A DNA stretch of 32,766 bases from Octopus bimaculoides. Taxonomy: Eukaryota. Shown piece by piece: positions 10,536 through 22,135 of the stretch; the stretch's first letter is position 1; each line of letters begins with the position of its first letter. Below the pieces are notes generated by a model. That model did no database searches. It saw nothing but the letters and a program-made list of their open reading frames with translations, and was not told the origin of the DNA. Made by a program: the position numbers and the translations under genes. Location: NCBI RefSeq assembly GCF_001194135.2, contig NC_068985.1, forward strand, positions 109,078,200-109,110,965. The letters are read 5' to 3'.

Positions 10536-10782
10536 TGGGATAGTGGTTAAGAGCGCGAGCTACTAACCCCAAGACTCTGAGTTCGATTCCTGGCAGTGAC
10601 TTTAATACTACTACTACTACTACTACTACTACTAATAATAATAATAATAATAATAATACCTTAGGAATGAGAACCCAGGTTCGAAATTTCCCCAAGACAC
10701 CTGATTAAGGCTGGAAGGTATATCAGCCTACAAACAAGATGAGGACAAATATCCGTCAAATGTAAATAATGTAAAAAAAAAA
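10536..10782 (+). mobile_element. tRNA-headed SINE-like element with microsatellite spacer and hammerhead-like remnant
   Basis: A box TGGGATAGTGG 10536-10546; B box AGTTCGATTCC 10580-10590; (TAC)n(TAA)n spacer; CTGATTA plus GGCTG/CAGCC hairpin 10701-10728; A-rich end. Confidence 0.55.
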
Positions 10783-10864
10783 CAACAACAGTATATTGTA
10801 CCTATACTGTGCAAGGAAATACAATAAGTAATCATTTCTACTATTGGCGCAAACGTGACGTTTG

Positions 10865-11062
10865 GGAGAAGGGATCGATAAAATTGGTGACAGCAGTGCA
10901 ATGGGCCGAGTACACCAAACCAATGCATAGCTGGCACTAATTTTATAGACCACAATGGGACGAAGAAGTAAGTCAACCACGGCGGAATTTGAACTCTGAA
11001 CTTAAAGGCGGATAAAGTGCAACTAACCATCTCGTCAGGCTTGTTAACGATTCTACCAGCTC
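10865..11062 (-). mobile_element. tRNA-derived SINE (local family B), diverged
   Basis: CGGCGGAATTTGAACTC and CTGGCACTAATTTTATAGAC resemble 19660-19800. Confidence 0.6.
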
Positions 11063-11409
11063 ACAGCACTGATAATAATAATAATAATAATGATAATAAT
11101 AATAGTAATAATAATAATAATAATAATAATGATGATAATGATGATGATTTCATTTATTTACCACAAGGGCGAAGGATAAGGAGGACAAAACAAAGACAGA
11201 CATGAGGTGTTGGGGTTTACATCTTATGTATTGATAGAAAAAAATGAAATAAGTACGTAAATGTGAAATAAGGTGGGGAAAATAGTACTCGATTACCGAA
11301 GGTAGAGTAATATGCTTTATTAATAAAGCTGTAAAGACATCACAAAAAAGTTTTTGTGATGTCTTTGCAGCTTTATTAACAAGGTATGTATGTGTGTGTG
11401 TGTTACGCA

Positions 11410-11570
11410 GTAACACTCAACAACCGGTGTTGGTGTGTTTACGTCCATGAAACGTAGCGGTTTGGCAAAAAAAAGACCGATAAAAAATAAGTACAAAAAT
11501 TTCTTCAAGTCAGTACCTCTGCATGACCACAGTTTGGTGATTAAAACAAATGAAAGATAAAAAAAAAATA
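11410..11570 (+). mobile_element. SINE family A, 3' half, ending about 15 nt from the exon 1 donor
   Basis: CAACCGGTGTTGGTGTGTTTACGTCC...TAGCGGTTTGGCAAAA...GACCGATA matches 22940-23010. Confidence 0.65.
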
Positions 11571-11585
11571 TATATATTTACGAAC

Positions 11586-11718
11586 GTTCTCTCATGACAG
11601 CCCATTCTGAAGATTCGATCCTGCGGTCATTGTACTTGACGCCAGCAGCTGCTAAAAGCATACGGCATACTTCAGCACGGCCGCGATGGTTGAAGTAGTG
11701 AATCGTATAAGACGGCAT
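11586..11718 (-). CDS. S-crystallin (sigma GST-derived lens crystallin), coding exon 1
   Basis: Manual translation from ATG at 11718: [44 protein letters not shown] plus 1 nt, then donor GTTCGT (phase 1). Matches the octopus S-crystallin N-terminus ([16 protein letters not shown] type). Not in the ORF track. Confidence 0.95.
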
Positions 11719-11749
11719 AGTTTATCTTGTTGGTATTGTTGCTGTAATG

Positions 11750-11783
11750 CTGTAATCGTCACACAATTGAACCTGCTTCTATA
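11750..11783 (-). promoter_or_regulatory. Possible core promoter of the S-crystallin gene
   Basis: TATAGAA at 11783-11777, about 60 nt upstream of the ATG. Weak match; an upstream non-coding exon using a TTACAG acceptor is equally possible. Confidence 0.25.
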
Positions 11784-13484
11784 AGTTATTTGTTTTATTT
11801 TTGTTAGGATTTATGGTCGTTTAAGAATATTTAATGGATTTGATATCAATTGTTCACAGATGAATTTTTAATATTTTCGGTGTTGATGTGGCTGCAGTGT
11901 TCGATGCGTTTGCTCTTTATCGACGGTTTTGATGTGCTTGATATTAACGTCGGTGTTGCTATAGATGGTCAGCTTGATAGTTTTGTTAATACATAATACT
12001 TCGTCAGTATGTTTAGGCACTTTTCAAGAGAAGAAACTAAGACATGCCTCTTTGACATATATGTCAGATCAGCACACATCGACGACAATTACTATTATCT
12101 TCTTAGTTGAAAATCACCGTTCTACACGCACACATACACACACACAGGCAGATGCACACACATACATATATGTCGAGAGAGATGGACGGACATGTAGAGA
12201 GACAGACATACAGATAGATAAATAGAAAGGTAGACGGACAGATATATAGATAGAGAAACAGTATGGAGAGAATGCCTATATATTTGTATGTGACTGTGTA
12301 ATTAACTTCATACGTATGTATGAGCATATATACACATATGTTTGTCTCAGTTTAGCAAAGGTCATCCATGTCATGACAGAATGGTCATTAATTTCAGCCT
12401 TGAAGCGTTGTTCATTAAAAGCCAACCATTCACCATTAAGAGAATTGATTGTCCAGCTAATTTTCACCTGTGACGCTGGTCGGTCAAGTTGGCAGATGAA
12501 AATGCTTTGTTCTTTTGTTTCACACGATTCCCAGGTACATTATTAGTTGAAAAAGAGGTTACAAGTATCAGTAATCATTTAAAGTGAAAAGAGAGTCAAT
12601 GCAGTTGATGACACGACATATTGAAAATAATTACTTGCAAATATGATCAAAAACTTCCAATGCACGCCTTCCATGCTTTTGAAGTATTTGGTATTATTTG
12701 CAAAAATTGATAGATAGATCAATAGATAATGGGTAAAAAAATGCATATGCGCATACATGAACACGCTCACACTCGCGTACGCACATACACAAACACGTCC
12801 GCAATATGTTCCAGATACTTTCTTACAGTACTATAGTTTGAATATGGTCTAAACTTAAAAAAAGGTCTTCGTGGGTATATCAAGCCAAAGAGAGACTTGT
12901 CCCCTTAATACAACGAGGATTCAGCTGCCGATCGGTTGCGTTGTTATTTAACTTTGCATCAAGATTTCACTAACGCTTCTGCTTCAAAATGCATATGGCA
13001 GAGAAAATGTTAACAAAGCTTATATTTAACCCAACTCATTATTTAACACTACGAACTTCACGAAATGATCAGAATTATTACAGTAAAATAACCCAACGAG
13101 TCATATCCATATGCATTTATATCCCCACTTTGAACCAACATGTCGATTTTTAATCAGGTAACCTCACAACAAAGCATAATTTGATCAGTGCTAACCTGAT
13201 CAATACAGCTCAGCTGCCATAAAAACATGCAAAAATTAAATTCTTTCCATGTCGCAAACATTGTCATATATTGGAGAAAGATACTCCTGGTCTGCATAAA
13301 ATATAACGAAGAACACATCAAATTATAATGTTTCAAAGACTACGAACAGGGTACTTCTGCGTGACTTTAAATTCTCTAAGTCCATAAGGGAAAGATAATT
13401 TTTACAGATTCCTATATTAATACATTTGCATTTAAAAAATGTGGCGTCTAGCCTTCTTTTATGAATGCGACTTTCAAATAAAGT

Positions 13485-13590
13485 AAGTCCTCGGGTCGAA
13501 CTGTTCGGCTAAGACCCTTTAAAGCGGTGCTCCAACATAGCTGCAGCCTCAGTTTTTTCAAGCCCTTCAAGGCGGTGCTCTAGCACTGTT
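13485..13590 (+). mobile_element. SINE family A tail fragments (two)
   Basis: GTCCTCGGGTCGA...AAAGCGGTGCTCCAACAT and CCCTTCAAGGCGGTGCTCTAGCA. Confidence 0.5.
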
Positions 13591-14204
13591 GAGGTTTCAT
13601 TTCTTTCACAACTGTATCAAACTAAAGCTTTCGGTTTTCCTATTATAATCACATTTTCGGGTATCTTTGGCAATGGATTCCGCATTTGACATAAATATCC
13701 AATCGATTTCCAATTTGGTGGACATACCGAAAACTATATACTTTTTCGTGTGAACGTTAAATATATTTTCCGATAGTCGGCACCTGACTTCACACTGGCA
13801 TTTATAAAAATAAATTTAAAATAGTTTCAAGACATGCATAACACTTCTCTAACAAAGAATTGGTTGGTGCAAGCTGATGCAGGTGTTGTTTAAAAAAAAA
13901 TCATTCACAGGATTATCTTTTTATATTTCGTTTTCGCGTAGATTACATTCTTGATCTTATTCAATGATATACATACATACATACATACATACATACATAC
14001 ATAAGTACGTATGCATGCATTGTATGCATGTATGTATGTATGTATGTATATATATATGTGTACATATGTGTATATATTTGCAATCATGTATTTATACGCC
14101 TGAGTCTTTAACTATCTATCCATCCAAGAATGTATTAATCTATGTATGTGTGTATATACACACACATGCATAAATAGACGTGTGTATATACATACATACA
14201 CACA

Positions 14205-14242
<38 letters not shown>

Positions 14243-14722
14243 ACACACACATGTATATATGTATGTAGTTATACATTTGTTTACTAAATGGTATAAAAAA
14301 AAATTAGACAATATTTAAGATTTTAAATTGCACAATAAAAATGAAATAAGTGTTCAAAAACTTTAATGAAAACGTGTTGAGAAATATTTTTAGTAATACA
14401 TTTTTTAAATAAAAGTATATACCCTTACATTCACTCTTACACATACAGAGAAACACATACGCAAACTCACAGACAAACATACATCGTTTTGATATATTTG
14501 TACATATTATTGGTTAGAATTTAATAAAAAAAAAATAATGAACTTTATATATATATATATATACATATANNNNNNNNNNNNNNNNNNNNNNNNNNNNNNN
14601 NNNNNNNNNNNNNNNNNNNNNNNNNNNNNNNNNNNNNNNNNNNNNNNNNNNNNNNNNNNNNNNNNNNNNNNNNNNNNNNNNNNNNNNNNNNNNNNNNNNN
14701 NNNNNNNNNNNNNNNNNNNNNN

Positions 14723-14774
<52 letters not shown>

Positions 14775-15749
14775 GTGCGCGTGTGTGTATGTTTGTATGA
14801 ATGTATGTATACATATATGTATAGATGTATGTATGAATGTACGTATGGATGGATGTTTATGAATGTATGTCTGAAGAAATTATTAAGAAAAAATGCTATC
14901 GGAAATAAATATTTTAACAATGTGTTGTGGAAAATAGAAAATATCGCAATAACTTTGCAATTTCATAAACATTTTAGACATTTCTGGCTGTAGCAGTGTT
15001 TTCGTTCGTTACGACACTTGGTAATTCTCAATTGCGTTAACTTATAGTTTTCCACAAAATTTGCAATTTTTAAAAGTTCAAACATCAGCAACATTTATAA
15101 AGTTCGTCGAGTTAATATGATTTTATTATCGATAGTAGCAGAGATGATTTCAGTCTGTGCTGACATAAATGTGCTAATAATATTGATTTCTATGTAAGGT
15201 AAAAGGATGCAAGATTTATGAGTTGAATATATTCGACGATAGTATTTGTTATCTGCGGTAAGAAATAATAAACAGAAATGAATGCAACAAAAATGCCTTT
15301 GGTTATTTTGTTTGTCATTGTCCAAGAGGAATATCATATACACAATAACAACAGCAACAGCAACAACAACAGGAGCAACTGTAATACCAACAAAAACAAC
15401 AATGATGATAATAATAATGATGGTGATGATGATGATGATGATGATCATGATGATGTTTCCATTTATTTGTCACAATGGCAAAGGATGCGGTGAACAATAC
15501 AAAGACAGACATAAAGTGTGCGGTGGGGTTACATATAATGAAATGGTAAAAAAAGGAAAGACGAAAGCAGTATAGACTGAAACAGAAGGGACATATATAT
15601 AACATACAAAGATTAAAAATAAAAAGTTGCGAGGACGATGATAGAGATGTGGCCCTCCTGATACAAGAAGGCCTCTAGGGATAACCGATGAACACCAATA
15701 TTGATTATAATACTTTACTAATACTTTACGTAGTTCATCTTCATATATA

Positions 15750-16254
15750 GGATATTGTGGGACTTTAACATTCAGATTGGCAGAGTAATGGAAGCTAGAA
15801 GGCCTGATTTAGTAGTAGCAGATAAAGAGAATAGAAAAATGCCAAATAATTGACTTTACAGTCCCAAATGATGAGAAAATCAATATGAGAGGTATGAAAA
15901 AATAGCAATGTACCAGGACTTAGCCATTGAATTACGGATTCTAGGGAAAGTGCGGGTAAGATGTATCCCAGTAGTTATAAGTGCATTAGGAACTATCCCT
16001 AAATAACTGATGGATGAAGGAAATAGACATAAAACTCAGTAAAATGTATAGCACCAGTAAGCAGTGTTATTAGGGACAACTACGATGCTTAGGTGGGTTC
16101 TTGGCATCTAAGGTATATCTTCTTGCCCGAGGTTAGGAATGTTTCCTTCCGACTGTCTAATCTGTTGTACATTAGAAGAGGCCACAGTAGGTCTCACGGA
16201 CCGGGTATATTGCTAAGAGCAATAATTGACCGAAACCAATGGTAACTTTCTAAA

Positions 16255-16342
<88 letters not shown>

Positions 16343-16350
16343 TAATAATA
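15750..16350 (+). mobile_element. R4/Dong-like non-LTR retrotransposon 3' end with (TAA)n tail
   Basis: ILWDFNIQIGRVMEARRPDLVVADKENRK-CQIIDFTVPND...CIPVVISALGTIP is a PD-(D/E)xK restriction-like endonuclease with frameshifts; about 30 TAA units at 16258-16350. Confidence 0.8.
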
Positions 16351-16371
16351 ATAATAGTAATAAAAATAAAT

Positions 16372-17482
16372 AAAGGAGTCGAGCAGGAACAAACTTACAA
16401 ATACCTTGGAATAAATGCAGGGTCTGGTATTCTGTATGCTAGTATGAAAAAGATCAGGAAGAAGTGCTACAGTAGTTTTCGAGCAGTCCTATAATCCGAG
16501 TTCAATGCATGTAACAAGGTGTTAACTATGAATTCCTTAGCAGTTCCGGTTGTTATTTACAGTTTCAATGTGTTGAACTGGAATGTGAGTGTAATAAGGA
16601 AGATTGACAAGAAAATCCGTAAGCTGCTAACTTTCAATAAGATTTACCACCCAAAGGCAGACGCGGATCGTCTTTACCTACGCAGATCTCAAGGAGGTCG
16701 AGACTTGATCCAATTTGAAATCTACAAAACCACAACAATTGCACTGGCAAAATATATTGAAGCATCTTACAACTGGATGCTAAAGCTCGCTGAAAACCAT
16801 GAAAGACGTAAGAAGCTTCATTCTGTTATAGAAGGAGAGCAAAATGTTTTTAAATGAGTTTATGCGTAATACCTAGGTTGAACAGCATGATGGAAGTGCA
16901 GCCACTGTAGTTGCAAGGTGAAATTAATAGTAAAGCAAATTACGTTTGAACAATTGGCTGATAGGTGGGAACAAATTCCTCTGCATGGCCAATACTTGGT
17001 CCGTAGCAAACAAGATGATGTAGACCAGATGCACACCCATCAGTAGCCACGGAGCTCAGTGCTAAATGCAGAGAGTTAAATGTTTATCTTGGCTGCCCAA
17101 GATCGGAGCATATTGATCCGGAGCTATCAAGCCAGTGTGAGGAAATATGGTGCGGTCCCAAATTGCTGATATTTCAATGATGGGATAGAAACAGTGGACC
17201 ACCTTGTCGCTGGATGTAAGATTTTTTGCACGTGTAGAGTGCAAATCAAAACATGACAAAGTTGGCCAATATCTACATTGGATAATGTGTCGGCATTATA
17301 AAATCGAAACTGCTAACAAATGGTACAAACACCACCCTGAAACTGTAATTGAGGGAGGAAATGTAACTATACTTTGGAACTTCTCAGTATGTACAGACCA
17401 GATCATCAAAGCAAATAAACCAGATATTGTTGTGAAAGACCAAAACAATAAAGTCCGTTTATTGGTTGACATGAGCATACCC
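16372..17482 (+). mobile_element. R4/Dong-like retrotransposon fragment: RT end, zinc knuckle, RLE
   Basis: TYKYLGI; HPKADADRLYLRRSQGGR; PLHGQY; LAAQD; ETVDHLVAGC; HDKVGQYLHW; KWYKHHPETV; ANKPDIVVKD; LVDMSIP. Stops and frameshifts are present. Confidence 0.88.
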
Positions 17483-17674
17483 TACTTCCCAGTAGTCGTA
17501 CTTACCCCCCAGAAAGGGGTGCTTTCTGGCCTCAGAGGCCTTATTACTCATTATGGGAAATTTTAAGAGTATATAACCATCCCTGGAACCTAAGTAATGT
17601 ATGTTCCTAGTTTGAAGAAAATGAGTTGCGAACTTCAGAAGTTATTCGGGTTTACACACACACACACACACACA

Positions 17675-17715
<41 letters not shown>

Positions 17716-17785
17716 CACACACAAGCACACACACACATACACACACACACGCACCTAGTTTTATATGTATATAGATAATAATAAG

Positions 17786-18990
17786 TCTGTGTAGGTTGAT
17801 CTTATTATCCATTTATGGGAGTCATACTGGGTGACGGACCACTATGATTTCAAAGCCAGGGGAGAAAGGCCTCTTCATCCTTGGTAGGTAACCTTGCTAG
17901 AAATGGGGTCTCAATAAGAATCCTGGTTAGTGGTAATCCCAATACGCATCTCATTTATGAGTGAAAAAGCATTTAACGATAACGGTATGACCTTGACAGG
18001 AGCAAATGATGAAGGTGCTGCACCCGGCAGGATTCCCATTGCACAGCATGTTGGACCCGGTCCACAATCCAATAGCTGCTAGCCATACTGTGAGAGAAGA
18101 GTGGAGTAATCAACTAAACATGATATTTATGGAGTGTTACTATCGGAGCATGGCAGTATATGCAAATAGCGTACCATGCAGAGTATACAGACAAAAATGC
18201 ACAGAGAAGCGGAGAGGGAACTGTTTGAAATTACAGAACAGAGATTATGTGGTCAAGTAAGCGCAATGCGAAAGAATTGGTGTTTGTCAGAGTTGGTGCT
18301 AGAAGCTATCAATAGAAGGACATCTGGGGATGCTCAGCATATGAGAAACGAAAGTGGCATAATAGAAGAAATGGACAATTTCCCACAGGAACATACTGGC
18401 GTGATCGGTGAAGGAATCGAGATCAGAGAACAATTAAATAATGAAGGTCAGATTATAATGAACTGAGTTTTGGATTCATTAAATGCAGAATTTATGCGTG
18501 ACTTCAAGAAAATTGTTCAATGGAGACTAAATCAATAAACAAATAAAGTCAAATGAAACACATTGAAACAAGTAACATCCACTCAAGCAAATAAACTCGT
18601 CAAAGCTGCAAGTAGGACAGTTGCAGAAAGGATGGGATTGAAGATCGATCCGAACAGAACTATGACGGAAAGAAAAAGATATAAACAACTTGGTGGAACA
18701 AGAGAATATCAGAAAATATGGGCTCTCTGAACAGTGTAGTTTTAATATATGAAAGAAAAAGAAAAGGGAAATTGAAGAATGATAGCAAATTGAAAAAACT
18801 GAAGAGGTATGGCGTTGCGAGAAAAGGACTGAATGTTGTGATTGAAGAGCTGAAGTAGCGTATACCTACCAGGAAAGCAAAACTAAGCTTCAGTAACGGA
18901 TCAAACACCGCCGGTAACACCGATAGTTAAGATTCGACCAAAACAGATTTTATCATGAAAGTAATAATGATTTGGAATGCGAAATATTAC
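17786..18990 (+). mobile_element. R4/Dong-like retrotransposon 5' UTR and N-terminal ORF remnant
   Basis: WSNQLNMIFMECYY; MHR...LFEITEQRLCGQVSAMRKNWCLSELVLEAI; KQxWWNKRI; GLNVVIEELK. This is the typical pre-RT region of this clade. Confidence 0.75.
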
Positions 18991-19389
18991 TTTCTAATCT
19001 GGATGAAAGTTATATTTGTGTAAATATAAAGTATTTTCAAATGAAACTAGAATATGTAAAATAAAAATGCAAAAGTGTATAGGACCAAATCAGACCTATT
19101 ATTTATAATTTAAATACTTTCAAATCAGGTGTAACCTAGACTCTACCCAACATTTAACGTCTTTCATATTCATACATAGATCAGCAAAATATTCTCATTT
19201 TAATAAAAGTAAGCATATTTGTAAATATTATTCGGTCATTCTTAAATAGCCGAATGAAACGAGCGTTAAGCACAGATCTAATGTTTTACTTGTGTGTTTC
19301 TGATGCTACTGTTTATTGTCGGTAGTGTTTTACGCAACTTAAGGAAGTTAGCAAAGATGGTCTTTTCTTGGTTTCATTTATACATAATC

Positions 19390-19807
19390 ATTACTACTTT
19401 AGGCACAAGGCCCGAAATTTTGGGGAAGAAGGGGGGACAATCGATAAGATCGACTCCAGTACGCAACTGGTACTTAATGTATCAACCCCGAAATATTGAA
19501 AAGCAAAGTCGACCTCGTCGGAATGTGAACTCAGAACGTAATGACAGACGGAATACCGCTAAGCATTTCTCCCGGCGTGTTAATGTTTCTTATTTCTTTA
19601 CAGCCCACAAGGGGCTAAACAAGGACAGACAAAGGGATTAAGTCGATTACGTCGACCCCAGTGCGTAACTGGTACTTATTTTATCGACACCGAAATGATG
19701 AAAGGCAAAGTCGACCTCGGCGGAATTTGAACTCAGAACGTAACGGCAGACGAAATACCGTAAGCATTTCGCCCGACGTGCTAACGTTTCTGCCAGCTCT
19801 CCGCCTT
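19390..19807 (-). mobile_element. Head-to-tail dimer of family B SINEs
   Basis: Two copies of GTTCTGAGTTCA(A/C)ATTCCG(C/A)CGAGGTCGACTTTGC...GATA...TAAGTACCAGTT; the full head is at 19807, and the downstream copy lacks its A box. The central block resembles the Meta-type domain (from memory). Confidence 0.85.
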
Positions 19808-20284
19808 AGTTACCTTAAATATTACTTTCATTTAATTAATGACATACATTAAATTATAACACTTTAAACAGTTTATAACAGTTACAGAACACTCGAAATA
19901 GATACATGTTTTAAATCAGATTGCTGGTGTTTATTCAGTAATAATTGATAACGGGTACAACATCGATTTTCTGGTTGACACCTTTTTCTGGATAAATTAC
20001 GATGGGGGGGGGAATTGATATGTTTTATCACAGGTGACGTTGTCTGTAGCGTGGGTGTATGTATTATTTTCACTGCACTAGTTAGGGGCTCTATCATAAT
20101 TTTGAGAGATCCTTAGCTACGGCCACTACAGGTGAAATAATTAAGCGTTTCAATAGTAGCGTCAAACATAAACACCAATCCATATCAATGCAAAGTAAAG
20201 TTGACATTTTCTTTGCACTTTAGACACATTACGGGAGTAGAATTAACAAGTTAGAAATGCGTTCACGGACTATTATTACGTGAC

Positions 20285-20468
20285 CAAGGACAAGATGCTT
20301 AGCAGCATTTCGTGCGTCTTCGTGTGAGTTCAAATTGCGCCGAAGTAGATTTTACCGTACCTTTCATCCTTTCGAGGTCGATGTACCACCCGAGAATTGC
20401 AGACGATGGATACTTGATTATGACCCTCCCAAAAATGTCAGTCCTTGTGCCTGTAGCAGAAAGGATTA
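20285..20468 (+). mobile_element. SINE family B, diverged
   Basis: TGAGTTCAAATTGCGCCGAAG...CCTTTCATCCTTTCGAGGTCGAT...CCTTGTGCCTGTAG. Confidence 0.7.
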
Positions 20469-20941
20469 CTACGTGACAAAGGACGGTCCCGTATAACGGT
20501 TAATCCGTTTAAGTTTTGGAACCAAAGATACAAGGAAATCGGTGCTGCACATATATTTAACGATGAATACTGCTAGTTCTGTATTTGTGAATAAAATCTA
20601 GCAATTTATATATACACTTAAAATACTAAATATATGTGTTTTAGACCATGATTTTAACATCTAGCAGATTACGTCTCTGTTCTCACGAACGCAATTATGC
20701 TGTAATTAAGTACTTTCTCTTCACGCAGACGCTGGGCTGCGGAAGATTCCAATTAATTCTCATTGAGATTAGTTCTTTCCAGTAACACTTGTGTGTATCT
20801 TAGTAATCAATATACATTCTGATTTATTAACACTCAATCTAACGCACGCGCACACACACATGCACTCACACATACATGTATATATATATATATATATACA
20901 TATAAATTATCTATCTATCTCTCTATCTATCTATCTATTTA

Positions 20942-20996
<55 letters not shown>

Positions 20997-21817
20997 NNNN
21001 NNNNNNNNNNNNNNNNNNNNNNNNNNNNNNNNNNNNNNNNNNNNNNNNNNNNNNNNNNNNNNNNNNNNNNNNNNNNNNNNNNNNNNNNNNNNNNNNNNNN
21101 NNNNNNNNNNNNNNNNNNNNNNNNNNNNNNNNNNNNNNNNNNNNNNNNNNNNNNNNNNNNNNNNNNNNNNNNNNNNNNNNNNNNNNNNNNNNNNNNNNNN
21201 NNNNNNNNNNNNNNNNNNNNNNNNNNNNNNNNNNNNNNNNNNNNNNNNNNNNNNNNNNNNNNNNNNNNNNNNNNNNNNNNNNNNNNNNNNNNNNNNNNNN
21301 NNNNNNNNNNNNNNNNNNNNNNNNNNNNNNNNNNNNNNNNNNNNNNNNNNNNNNNNNNNNNNNNNNNNNNNNNNNNNNNNNNNNNNNNNNNNNNNNNNNN
21401 NNNNNNNNNNNNNNNNNNNNCACGCGCACACACACATGCACTCACACATACATGTATATATATATATATATATACATATGCGAATGTATGACTATATGAA
21501 AGTTTACGAGTTATATGAATAATTTAATTAAATTTAGGAACATTCGAAACATATATACAACTTATTTACGTAACTATATTGCATTTTAAACGTACTCATT
21601 ATATAAACATATTCAATAAAATTGATCTTCAAAATATGTTATTAATCATAAGGTTCTGTAATAGTCGTTGCGTTCATACATATATATATTCCTGTAATGA
21701 TTATAATTATTGGCAATTCCCATTAAAGTAAAATATTTTCTGTAATTAGTGAACCGCGATTTATTATGATACCTAACACTTATTAATAAATAAGCGCGTT
21801 AGATTTTCATAAAAAGA

Positions 21818-21872
<55 letters not shown>
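21818..21872. repeat. (TAG)n microsatellite
   Basis: Read directly. Confidence 0.95.
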
Positions 21873-21873
<1 letters not shown>

Positions 21874-21972
21874 TCATCATCATCATCAACATTGGCATCA
21901 ACAACAGCAGTATAGGGAAGGAGAGACGAGCAATATTTATTATTTCAACATAATCTTCATGACCATGATCAT

Positions 21973-22135
21973 GAAGAAGAAGAAGAAGAAGAAGAAGAAG
22001 AAGAAGAAGAAGAAGAAGAAGAAGAAGAAGAAGAAGAAGAAGAAAAAGAAAAAGAAGAAAGAAGAAGAAGAAGAAGAAGAAGAAGAAGAAGAAGAAGAAG
22101 AAGAAGAAGAAGAAGAAGAAGAAGAAGAAGAAGAA
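21973..22135. repeat. (GAA)n microsatellite, about 54 units, one interrupted patch
   Basis: Read directly; explains the poly-K/E/F ORFs. Confidence 0.97.

Noticed and set aside
10536-10600. tRNA gene (A and B boxes, ACT in a loop-like position)
   Set aside because: No acceptor-stem pairing and no oligo-T terminator; it runs into a microsatellite, so it is treated as a SINE head.
20845-21478. ~58-bp duplication on either side of the 20997-21420 gap
   Set aside because: Low-complexity sequence restarting exactly at the gap edge; most likely an assembly overlap artefact.
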